Below are positions 48,313 to 56,846 of a stretch of DNA of 64,000 bases, piece by piece. The stretch covers positions 5,484 to 69,483 of the forward strand of contig CAZIQK010000003.1 in the NCBI GenBank assembly GCA_964541735.1. Reading direction: 5' to 3'. The translations under genes were made by a program, and so were the position numbers. Position 1 is the first letter of the stretch. Every line of letters starts with the position of its first letter. Below the pieces are notes generated by a model. The model was given only the letters and a program-made list of their open reading frames with translations. It did not search any database and had not been told where the DNA came from. The stretch comes from an uncultured Treponema sp. GTDB lineage: Bacteria; Spirochaetota; Spirochaetia; Treponematales; Treponemataceae.

Positions 48313-49248
48313 TTATTTGCTCCTTTTTCTTAAAAGCGATTTGTATAAAACGACTTTGTTTTCTTTCCAGTCCTTGATTTTGCAAGGATGATTTTCTACA
48401 GCATTCATTTCTTCAAAAAGAAAATCTTGACCGCTGTCGTCGCTAGAGGAGAACGGAGTTGAAAAAGTCAGTCCGTCCATCTGCCACAAGTTCCAGGAAA
48501 TGATTTGTGCAATTTCCATCTGCTCGTTTTCAGTCGCCTTGCGTCTCAAAAAATGCTTTGTGTATTCATCAAATGAAAGAAGAAGGTTCGCACGCGCCAG
48601 AACCAGATTGTCGCCCTGAAGCTCAAATCCGTAGCAGTTTTCAAACGCGGTTTTTGTCCACAAAAAATATTCTTCCTCGTTAGCCGCGTTCTCGCATACA
48701 ACCCGCATTTTTCTGTCCAGCAGCCCGATTCTGTTCATCAAGCTGATTTTCCTTCCCGAAACCATGTCGTATCGGCTTGCAAGATAAGGTGCTTCGCCGC
48801 AAGCGATTTCAAGCCGCGAAAGCTTAACGTAGTCCTGCCATGTTTTGCCGCTCTCAATGTCGGTTGAGAAGTCGATTTTTTCTTTTGATGATTTCCATGT
48901 TTTTCCTGTCTGCGTGTTGAAGACGTTTTTGCGAGCAAACCAGGCTTCGTCAATCAGATTGTTTTGTGCGTTGCAAATCCAACTCGGAGTAAAAACTTCC
49001 GCCTTTCCACGAGTACGCTTGATTTGTGCATCTTTTTGTTTTTCAACTCTCGAAATTATCCGTCCAGAATTTTTCCCTGTAATCTGCTCAATCTTAATTT
49101 GTGATTCTGCAGTAATCGGAAAATAATCATCCGTTGCCCAAAGAATGTTTTTTCCGGTTGTGCGGTCAAGAAGAAGAACAGAAAGAATTTCTTTAGAAAA
49201 AGTAAAATCGAAGTGCATTTGAGTTTTATTCACGCTTTTACAGTCCAA
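48313..49248 (-). CDS. methyltransferase-fold-like protein lacking the (D/N)PP(Y/F) tetrad, partner of the fused enzyme
   Basis: 311 aa (TTG start; alternative ATG at 49218). KAEVFTPSWICN (motif X-like), LEIACGEAPYL (motif I-like), CYGFELQGDNLVLARANLLL, and SWNLWQMDG where the big protein has GNPPYQEMDG. Stop abuts the next ATG. Confidence 0.55.
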   Translation of the reverse strand: MDCKSVNKTQMHFDFTFSKEILSVLLLDRTTGKNILWATDDYFPITAESQIKIEQITGKNSGRIISRVEKQKDAQIKRTRGKAEVFTPSWICNAQNNLIDEAWFARKNVFNTQTGKTWKSSKEKIDFSTDIESGKTWQDYVKLSRLEIACGEAPYLASRYDMVSGRKISLMNRIGLLDRKMRVVCENAANEEEYFLWTKTAFENCYGFELQGDNLVLARANLLLSFDEYTKHFLRRKATENEQMEIAQIISWNLWQMDGLTFSTPFSSSDDSGQDFLFEEMNAVENHPCKIKDWKENKVVLYKSLLRKRSK

Positions 49249-49310
49249 ATGGATTATTAAAACCTATTATAAATCCATTCACACTGAACAATCAAGATAA
49301 AAAATCCATT
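49248..49310. promoter_or_regulatory. candidate XRE operator: 8-mer aatggatt / aatccatt x2 in the divergent promoter region
   Basis: aatggatt at 49248-49255 and its reverse complement aatccatt at 49272-49279 and 49303-49310, all within the 80-bp spacer between the divergent genes. Confidence 0.4.
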
Positions 49311-49327
49311 TGCATTATTCTGTAGAC

Positions 49328-49663
49328 ATGTTAGATTTTTGGAATCATGTAAAAGAAGAACTTGAATACAAAGGAATGTCTCAAAAAGAATTGGCGTTCA
49401 TTACAAAAATCAGTTACAACACATTCCAATCTTGGATGACAAAAGACAGACTCCCCGATGCTGCCGATTCTGTAAAAATAGCAAAAGTTCTTGGAGTTAG
49501 CGTGGAATATCTTGTTACCGGTACAGAAAACGTTCAAATCAAACAAACAAATAGTGAAATAGATTCTTTTTTCCGTGACATCAAACATCTTTCATCTGAT
49601 GACTTAAAAATTGCAAAAACGATTGTTCACAGATTGAGCAAAACATCAACAACAACTTTTTAG
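49328..49663 (+). CDS. XRE-family helix-turn-helix transcriptional regulator
   Basis: MSQKELAFITKISYNTFQSWMTKDRLPDAADSVKIAKVLGVSVEYLV is a canonical HTH_XRE. Start placed at ATG 49328 (track start 49310 is TTG). Divergent from the R-M-like operon. Confidence 0.8.
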   Translation: MLDFWNHVKEELEYKGMSQKELAFITKISYNTFQSWMTKDRLPDAADSVKIAKVLGVSVEYLVTGTENVQIKQTNSEIDSFFRDIKHLSSDDLKIAKTIVHRLSKTSTTTF

Positions 49664-49726
49664 ATAATATACAAAAAGATTGATAAAAGCATTGTTTCAC
49701 GAAAATTCTCCAAATCGAAAATCTAT

Positions 49727-49755
49727 TTGTAAATCACTTATATTTTCTTTATAAT
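49727..49755 (+). promoter_or_regulatory. sigma-70 promoter of the FAD-oxidoreductase gene
   Basis: TTGTAA (49727-49732), a 17-nt spacer, then TATAAT (49750-49755). The ATG is only 10 nt downstream and has no Shine-Dalgarno. Confidence 0.5.
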
Positions 49756-49765
49756 TTTTTTTGTT

Positions 49766-51379
49766 ATGATTAAAGAAATCACTGTTACTGTAAAACCTGA
49801 AGATGAAAAAAAATCTGATTTTATCCATTCTCTAATTTTAAAAGAACTAAAACACCAAAATATAAAATCTTCTCAAAATAATATAAATTTTATTTTTGAA
49901 AAAAAATCTATTGATGCGCGACATGGGCAAATAAAAATTCATTTGCGTTATAAGGTTTTTATTGATGAATCTCCGAATTCTCTTATGCAATCAAACGAAA
50001 ATGAACTTCCTAAATGGAAAAAAGTTGATGGAAAACATTCTGTAATTATTATCGGTTTTGGTCCGGCAGGAATGTTTGGTGCATTAAAACTCTTGGAAGA
50101 AGGAATCAAACCAATCATTTTGGAACGTGGTGAAAAAACTCTCGAACGAAAAAAAGATATTGCTTTGATTAGTACAAAAAATTTTGTAAATGAAGATAGT
50201 AATTATTGTTTTGGTGAAGGCGGTGCCGGAACTTTTTCTGACGGAAAACTTTATACTCGAAGTAACAAACGTGGAAATATCAATAAAATTCTTCAAATTT
50301 TAGTTCATTTTGGTGCCGATAAAAAAATCCTAACCGATTCCCATCCTCACATTGGAACAAATAAACTTCCAAAAATCATCAACAATATTCGTGATAAAAT
50401 TATTGAACTTGGTGGAGAAATTCATTTTAATACGCGAGTTATTTCGTTTATCACAGATGAAAAAAATTGTCTTATCGGTGTAAAAGCTAAGAATGTTCAT
50501 TCTGACGAAGAAAAAATTTTTTCGGGAAATGCATTTATGCTTTCTACCGGACATTCCGCTTCTGATATTTATAAATCACTTGCAAAAATTTCTCCTTCAA
50601 GTTTGGAAGCAAAAACTTTTGCAGTTGGAGTTAGAGTTGAACATCCACGAGAACTTATTGATAAAATTCAATATAAAAAGAATGATAAAATTTTAGGTGC
50701 AGCAGAATATCGCGTTGTAACTCAAGTTCAAAACAGAGGTGTTTATTCTTTTTGTATGTGTCCAGGAGGATTTGTTGTTCCGTCTTCAAGTGGACAAGAT
50801 GAAATTGTTGTAAATGGAATGAGTACAGCAGAAAGAAATTCAAAATGGTCAAACGCAGCGATTGTTGTAGAAACTAAACCTGAAGATATTCCTCAGAAAT
50901 TTGTTGAAAAAGCAAAAAAAGAAAATTGTATAGCACTTGCAGGATTATTTTATCGTGAAGAACTTGAACATCTTGCAAAGAAAAATGGAAACGGACAATC
51001 TGCTCCTGCTCAAAAATTACCTGATTTTTTAGAAAATAGAATTTCTTCAAATTTTCAAAAAACAAGTTTTACTCCAGGAATTACAAGTTCAAATTTAAAT
51101 GATTGGCTTCCTCCAGATTTATGCCAAAAACTGAAAGAAGGATTTTATCAAATCAATCAAAAAATGAAAGGTTTTATTTGTGAAGATGCAATAATGATTG
51201 CGATTGAAACAAGAACAAGTACACCAGTTAGAATTTTAAGAAATAAAGAAACTTTTGAATGTGAAGGAATAAAATCGCTTTTTCCGTCGGGAGAAGGTTC
51301 TGGTTATTCTGGCGGAATTGTGTCTAGTGCGATGGATGGTGAAAATGTTTGCAAAAGCATAATTTCTAAAATACAGTAA
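49766..51379 (+). CDS. FAD-dependent oxidoreductase (COG2509-like)
   Basis: 537 aa, with dinucleotide-binding IIIGFGPAGMFGA...ILERG and a C-terminal GEGSGYSGGIVSSAMDG motif. Confidence 0.72.
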   Translation: MIKEITVTVKPEDEKKSDFIHSLILKELKHQNIKSSQNNINFIFEKKSIDARHGQIKIHLRYKVFIDESPNSLMQSNENELPKWKKVDGKHSVIIIGFGPAGMFGALKLLEEGIKPIILERGEKTLERKKDIALISTKNFVNEDSNYCFGEGGAGTFSDGKLYTRSNKRGNINKILQILVHFGADKKILTDSHPHIGTNKLPKIINNIRDKIIELGGEIHFNTRVISFITDEKNCLIGVKAKNVHSDEEKIFSGNAFMLSTGHSASDIYKSLAKISPSSLEAKTFAVGVRVEHPRELIDKIQYKKNDKILGAAEYRVVTQVQNRGVYSFCMCPGGFVVPSSSGQDEIVVNGMSTAERNSKWSNAAIVVETKPEDIPQKFVEKAKKENCIALAGLFYREELEHLAKKNGNGQSAPAQKLPDFLENRISSNFQKTSFTPGITSSNLNDWLPPDLCQKLKEGFYQINQKMKGFICEDAIMIAIETRTSTPVRILRNKETFECEGIKSLFPSGEGSGYSGGIVSSAMDGENVCKSIISKIQ

Positions 51380-51670
51380 AAGATTATGAAAAAAAATGGA
51401 TAACAATAGAGAGAGTTGTTGCAATTTTTGCTTGTATCTTTTTAATTTTATCTATTATTTCTTTGCATTTTAGTGATACCATGCGTTCTGCAATACCTCA
51501 TTCAAGTACAATTTTATTAGTAGTTCACACCTTAAGTTTTTTCTTAGCATTATACTGTGTTTTTAAACCAAATTTTTCATATGAAATTGATTTTTAAAAT
51601 AAAAAAAGCCCACAAAAAGATGTAGGCTCTTAAATGACAAAAACATTTGGCAGACTTTTTTAAATTACCA

Positions 51671-51714
51671 AAAAAAAAGACAACTTAAATCTAAACTTAC
51701 AGTTGTCTTTTTTA
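51671..51714. terminator. bidirectional intrinsic terminator
   Basis: agacaact-N15-agttgtct flanked by A8 and T6 runs. Lies between convergent genes. Confidence 0.6.
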
Positions 51715-51902
51715 TTTGGTATAAAAACTCCCCAAAATGCCCAATCATAAAACCGTATATAAATAAAGAAGGAACAATTACTTTTTAAACTAATTTTAGA
51801 ATAGAGTTTTTTTGAAAAAAAATAAAGATTTTAGCATAAAAAAATAAAAAAATAACTAAACTTACGCTCTATAACACAATTTTATGCTGCTTTTTTATAA
51901 TT

Positions 51903-52625
51903 TTATAAAACTGCTTTTAAAAATTGTTTAAGTCTTTCGCTTTTTGGATGTTGAAAAATATCTTCAGGAGTACCTTCTTCCGTAATATATCCATCATCCA
52001 TAAAAATCACACGGTCTGCAACTTCTTTTGCAAAGCCCATTTCATGAGTAACAACGACCATCGTCATTCCTTCTGTTGCAAGTTGTTTTATAACAGCAAG
52101 GACTTCTCCAACCATTTCCGGGTCTAAAGCAGAAGTTGGTTCATCAAACAAAATCACATCAGGATTCATAGCAAGAGTCCTAACAATTGCAATTCTTTGT
52201 TTTTGTCCACCACTTAAAGTTGCAGGATAAACATTTGCTTTTTCCTGTAAACCAATTCTTTCCAAAAGTTTTATTGCTTGAGTTTCAGCTTCTTCTTTTG
52301 TTTTTAATTTTAAAGTGATTGGAGCAAGTGTTATATTTTCTAAAACTGTAAGATGAGGAAAAAGATTAAAATGCTGAAAAACCATTCCCATTTTTTGGCG
52401 ACATAAATCAAGATTTGTTTTTGGATTTGCCATATCTACACCTTGAAAGTAAATATGTCCGGAATCCGGAGTTTCAAGACGATTTAAGCATCTTAAAAAA
52501 GTACTTTTTCCAGAACCGGAAGGTCCAATCACAACAATTTTTTCACCTTTTTTTATATTTATAGAAAGGTCCTTTATAACGTGTAAATCACCAAAACTAA
52601 TTTTAAGATTTTTTACTTCTATCAC
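51903..52625 (-). CDS. amino-acid ABC transporter ATP-binding protein
   Basis: Walker [10 protein letters not shown], signature LSGGQKQR, Walker [12 protein letters not shown]. Start placed at GTG 52625 ([12 protein letters not shown]); the track TTG start is 52646. Confidence 0.9.
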   Translation of the reverse strand: MIEVKNLKISFGDLHVIKDLSINIKKGEKIVVIGPSGSGKSTFLRCLNRLETPDSGHIYFQGVDMANPKTNLDLCRQKMGMVFQHFNLFPHLTVLENITLAPITLKLKTKEEAETQAIKLLERIGLQEKANVYPATLSGGQKQRIAIVRTLAMNPDVILFDEPTSALDPEMVGEVLAVIKQLATEGMTMVVVTHEMGFAKEVADRVIFMDDGYITEEGTPEDIFQHPKSERLKQFLKAVL

Positions 52626-53292
52626 TTTTTGCCAACCTTTTTTCAAATATTCCGAAAATTTTTGTAAGACCTACAGTCAAAATTAAATAAATTGCAGCAC
52701 AAGTCAAAAGAGGAATCCAAGCATTATAAGTTGAATTTCTAATCATATCACCTGCTTTTGTTAAATCCATAACAGCAATAAAACTTGCAACAGATGTTTC
52801 TTTGATTAAAACAATAAATTCGCTTGTATAAGTTGGAAGAACTGCTTTTACCGCTTGTGGAAGAACAATTTTAAAAAGAGTCTGCCATTTATTTAATCCT
52901 AAAGAGCGACCGGCTTCTGTTTGCCCTGAATCAATTCCTTGAATTCCGGCTCTAAAAATTTCTGTACAATATGCACCGGAATTAAATCCATAAGCTAAAA
53001 TTGCAACTAAAAGTCGAGGCATATGTAAAGGTGCAAAAATAACAAAATAAAAAATCATCAATTGAGTTGCTAATGGTAAACCACGTAAAATTGTGGTGTA
53101 AAGATTTGCGATGAATTTTGCAACTTTATTATCAGAAATTTTCATAAGGGCAAAAATACATCCTAAAACGGTTCCAATTAAAATTGCACAAAAAGCAATC
53201 AAAAGTGTGACGCCTAATCCTTGGAAAATTAGAACATATCTATCACCTTTTATCATTGTGTCATAAAACATTTGGAATAAATTGCGATTCAT
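52603..53292 (-). CDS. amino-acid ABC transporter permease (His/Glu/Gln/Arg/opine family)
   Basis: 229 aa, 5 TM, with EAA-loop-like [23 protein letters not shown]. Confidence 0.9.
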   Translation of the reverse strand: MNRNLFQMFYDTMIKGDRYVLIFQGLGVTLLIAFCAILIGTVLGCIFALMKISDNKVAKFIANLYTTILRGLPLATQLMIFYFVIFAPLHMPRLLVAILAYGFNSGAYCTEIFRAGIQGIDSGQTEAGRSLGLNKWQTLFKIVLPQAVKAVLPTYTSEFIVLIKETSVASFIAVMDLTKAGDMIRNSTYNAWIPLLTCAAIYLILTVGLTKIFGIFEKRLAKSDRSKKS

Positions 53293-53341
53293 GAAAATTC
53301 CTTGTTAGTGATAATTAAGAGAATCTGTTTCAAAAGTTTCA

Positions 53342-53415
53342 AAATACGTCGAGTCAAGGCACGCTCCGCTTAAAGCCTTGACTCGACGTATTTAAGGTTT
53401 TTATTAAACCTTAAA
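53342..53415 (-). other. two very stable intercistronic hairpins between the binding-protein and permease genes
   Basis: 19-bp perfect stem aaatacgtcgagtcaaggc / gccttgactcgacgtattt (53342-53393), and 10-bp stem tttaaggttt / aaaccttaaa (53391-53415). Confidence 0.8.
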
Positions 53416-53479
53416 TGACTGTATTGATTTCAGCAACACACGAATTTTGTTCGCAAACATCGCAAGTCTTGAATGGCAG

Positions 53480-53502
53480 ATTATCGGGTCAAGCCCGATA
53501 AT
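53480..53502 (-). other. hairpin attatcggg-N5-cccgataat (a related copy in the grpE-dnaK spacer)
   Basis: 9-bp stem. A near-identical hairpin, attatcgg-acttac-ccgataat, lies at 33397-33418. Confidence 0.6.
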
Positions 53503-53533
53503 GATTCAATAAACCTTTGAAACAGTTTAAAAA

Positions 53534-54313
53534 TTATTTTCTTACGATAATTACTTGTTCAGAAGCATAATAAGGGTCAGAAAAATCTACATTCTTTTTG
53601 CGTTCTTCTGTAACCGACATTCCTGCAGCAATAAAATCAATTGTTCCTGATTGTAAAGCCGGAATTAAAGAATCAAATGCCATATCTACAATTTCCAGTT
53701 TTGCATTGCAAGTATCTGCAATTCTTTCTCCCATAGAAATATCAAAACCAACAATATTTTTACCTTCAACATATTCAAAAGGTGGGAAAGATGCATTTGT
53801 TCCAAGTTTTACAGTAGAACCATTTTTTGCCGATTTAAAAGTTGGAATTTTTATATTTCCATCTGCCGGCATAAATGCATTTACAAGTTCTTCATATTGT
53901 CCATTATCTTTCATTGCACCAATAGTTGCATTAATTTCTTGAAGAAGAGTTTTATTTCCTTTTTTTACAGCAATTGCATATTCTTCTTTGTTTTGTGCAA
54001 AATATGGATCACGAATAATTTTTAAATCTGCATTTTTACTAACAATTTCAATTGCCGGAAGTTCATCAAGAATAACTGCATCAATTGCACCATTTTTCAA
54101 ATCTAAAGCAGCATCTATTCCAGATTTAAAACCTGCAACAGAAGCGGCTTTTGAAGATTCTTGAGCCCAAGCATCACCTGTTGTTCCTGATTGAACGCCA
54201 ATTTTTTTGCCTTGTAAATCAGCAATTCCATTAATTACAATATTTTTCTTAGTACAGCCAACCAAAGCCAAACTAATCACAAAAATGCTTAAAATAAAAT
54301 TACATTTTTTCAT
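53534..54313 (-). CDS. amino-acid ABC transporter substrate-binding lipoprotein
   Basis: Lipobox LALVGC. Two SBP_bac_3-like lobes. Start at ATG 54313 behind AAGAGG (track start 54337). Confidence 0.85.
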   Translation of the reverse strand: MKKCNFILSIFVISLALVGCTKKNIVINGIADLQGKKIGVQSGTTGDAWAQESSKAASVAGFKSGIDAALDLKNGAIDAVILDELPAIEIVSKNADLKIIRDPYFAQNKEEYAIAVKKGNKTLLQEINATIGAMKDNGQYEELVNAFMPADGNIKIPTFKSAKNGSTVKLGTNASFPPFEYVEGKNIVGFDISMGERIADTCNAKLEIVDMAFDSLIPALQSGTIDFIAAGMSVTEERKKNVDFSDPYYASEQVIIVRK

Positions 54314-54332
54314 AATAACCTCTTTATAAAAC

Positions 54333-54367
54333 TGCATAAATATTAATTAATTTTGTATATTTATGCA
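54333..54367. promoter_or_regulatory. tandem ARG-box-like sites upstream of the ABC transporter binding-protein gene
   Basis: tgcataaatattaa (54333-54346) and tgtatatttatgca (54354-54367), 21 nt centre to centre, 20-55 nt upstream of the ATG at 54313. Confidence 0.5.
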
Positions 54368-54380
54368 ATCTTTTTAAAAA

Positions 54381-56828
54381 TTATTTTACAATTACTTTGT
54401 TCAAATGCCAAATATCTCTTACGTAATCTTCAATTGTTCTATCTGAAGAGAATTTTCCGGAATTAGCAATATTTTTAAGAGCCATTTTTGCCCATTTTTG
54501 TTTATCTTGATAAGCTAAAGCAATTTTTTCTCTTGCTTGAGTATAAGATTCAAAATCAGCAAGAACGTAATAAACATCTGGACGCTGACCTTCAACTCCA
54601 TAAATTAAAGAATCATGAAGTTCTTTGAAAAGTTGATGAGTTGGATCATAAGTTCCGTCTACAAGTTGAGAAACGACTTTCGCAAGAGCAGGATTACAAT
54701 CAAGATATTTTTGAGGATTGTAAGAATGTTCGGCTTCCATTTTTTTGATTTCTTGTGTTTCAAGACCAAAAACAAAACCATTTTCTTTTCCAGCTTCTTC
54801 AAAAATTTCTATATTTGCTCCATCCATTGTTCCCAAAGTTAAAGCACCATTCAACATAAATTTCATATTTGAAGTTCCAGATGCTTCTAATCCCGCTGTT
54901 GAAATTTGTTCAGAAACATCAGCTGCAGGGAAAATCTTTTCTGCAACAGAAACTCTATAATTTTCTACAAAAACAACTCTAAGTTTTCCACGAACTCTAC
55001 GGTCATTATTAACTCTATCTGCAACTGTATTGATTAATTTTATGATTGATTTTGCTCTTCGATAACCGGAAGCGGCTTTTGCACCAAAAATAAAAGTTCT
55101 TGCAGGAGGATTGTAACTTGGATCTTCAACAATTTTATTATAAAGATACATTACATTCAAAATGTTCAAAAGTTGGCGTTTATATTCATGAAGACGTTTT
55201 ACTTGAACATCAAAAATAGATTCCGGATCAAGGAATTCATTTTGAGTATGTTTTAAATAATCTGCAAGAATTTGTTTATTTTCTTGCTTGATTTGAATAA
55301 GTTGATTGATAGATTCTTCATCATCAATGAATTTTTCCAATCCTTTTAATTTTGTCAAATCTTTTTCCCAACCATGACCAATTCTTTCTGTTATGAATTG
55401 AGCAAGTTTTGGGTTTGCATTTAAACACCATCTTCTTTGTGTAATTCCATTTGTTTTATTATTAAATTTCTGAGGATAAAGTGCATACCAATCTTTTAAT
55501 TCGACAGTTTTTAAAAGTTCTGTATGAAGAGCGGCAACTCCATTTACACTAAAACAAGAATGAATTGCAAGCCAAGCCATGTAAACCATATTATTATGAA
55601 TGATTGCCATATGTTCGTGTTTGTAATAATCATTAGGGAATTTTTCTCTAAGTTCAATTACAAGACGACGATTTATTTCTTCTACAATTTGATAAACGCG
55701 TGGTAAAAGCCCCTGGAAAATTGAAATTGGCCATTTTTCCAATGCTTCTGCCAAAATTGTATGATTTGTATATGCAAAAGTATGAGTAACAACATCCCAA
55801 GCAGCGTCCCAACCAACATTATATTCGTCCATAAGAATTCGCATAAGTTCCGGAATTGCGACAACAGGATGAGTATCATTCAACTGAATTACATATAATT
55901 CTGAAAATTTAGAAAAATCTGTTCCATAATCAGCAACATAATGACGAACTAAATCTTGTAAAGATGCAGAACTGAAAAAATATTGTTGTTTTAATCTTAA
56001 TGCTTTTCCTGAAGGACCATTATCATTTGGATAAAGAACACGACTGATATTTTCTGCACTATTTTGACGTTCTACAGCACGATTATATTCCATATTATTG
56101 AAAAGTTGTAAATCAAATCCGTCTGGAGATGATGCTTGCCATAAACGTAAAGTGTTTACAGTTTTTGTATCATAACCGATGATTGGCATATCAAAAGGTG
56201 TTGCAGTAACTTCTTCTGCGTTTTCAATGTGGAAAGTTGTTCCTCCATCTGGAGATTTTCCATAAGCAATATTTCCACCAAATTTTACAGTAACAGCTAA
56301 ATCTGAACGTTTTGTTTCCCAAGGATCACGATGTTTTAACCAATTATCAGGATATTCAACTTGATAACCATCTTCAATTTTTTGTTCAAACATTCCGTAT
56401 TCATAACGAATTCCATAACCATGTCCTGGATAATCTAAAGTTGCAAGAGAATCTAAGAAACAAGCGGCAAGTCTTCCAAGTCCACCATTTCCCAAACCGG
56501 CATCAGGCTCTTCATCTTCTATCATATTGAAGTCGATATTCATTTCTTGTAAAACTTCTTTTACAGAATCTTTTATTCCAGCATTGATAAGATTGTTACT
56601 CAATGCACGACCCATTAAAAATTCTGCAGAAAGATAAAAGAGTTGTTTTGTTGGCTTTTTTTCATATTCTTCACGAGTTGCCATCCAATTTGGCATAATA
56701 ATTTCCATTGCAGAAGCAGAAACTGCATCAAACAAATCGTGTTTATTTGCTTGCGAAATGTCTTTTCCATACTGACGACGTAAACGTGCCGATAAATTTT
56801 CTTTAAATTCTTCTTTGTTGAATTCCAT
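54381..56828 (-). CDS. glgP: glycogen/maltodextrin phosphorylase
   Basis: 815 aa, with PLP-lysine context EASGTSNMKFMLNGALTLGTMDGANIE. Confidence 0.95.
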   Translation of the reverse strand: MEFNKEEFKENLSARLRRQYGKDISQANKHDLFDAVSASAMEIIMPNWMATREEYEKKPTKQLFYLSAEFLMGRALSNNLINAGIKDSVKEVLQEMNIDFNMIEDEEPDAGLGNGGLGRLAACFLDSLATLDYPGHGYGIRYEYGMFEQKIEDGYQVEYPDNWLKHRDPWETKRSDLAVTVKFGGNIAYGKSPDGGTTFHIENAEEVTATPFDMPIIGYDTKTVNTLRLWQASSPDGFDLQLFNNMEYNRAVERQNSAENISRVLYPNDNGPSGKALRLKQQYFFSSASLQDLVRHYVADYGTDFSKFSELYVIQLNDTHPVVAIPELMRILMDEYNVGWDAAWDVVTHTFAYTNHTILAEALEKWPISIFQGLLPRVYQIVEEINRRLVIELREKFPNDYYKHEHMAIIHNNMVYMAWLAIHSCFSVNGVAALHTELLKTVELKDWYALYPQKFNNKTNGITQRRWCLNANPKLAQFITERIGHGWEKDLTKLKGLEKFIDDEESINQLIQIKQENKQILADYLKHTQNEFLDPESIFDVQVKRLHEYKRQLLNILNVMYLYNKIVEDPSYNPPARTFIFGAKAASGYRRAKSIIKLINTVADRVNNDRRVRGKLRVVFVENYRVSVAEKIFPAADVSEQISTAGLEASGTSNMKFMLNGALTLGTMDGANIEIFEEAGKENGFVFGLETQEIKKMEAEHSYNPQKYLDCNPALAKVVSQLVDGTYDPTHQLFKELHDSLIYGVEGQRPDVYYVLADFESYTQAREKIALAYQDKQKWAKMALKNIANSGKFSSDRTIEDYVRDIWHLNKVIVK

Positions 56829-56846
56829 TAAAATCCTCCAATGTGA

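Noticed and set aside
42100-49700. Interpreting the accessory region as an integron, prophage or IS-borne island
   Set aside because: There is no integrase, transposase, phage structural gene, tRNA target or attC-like imperfect palindrome in or next to the region. Only the repeated MTase-tail copies mark cassette boundaries.
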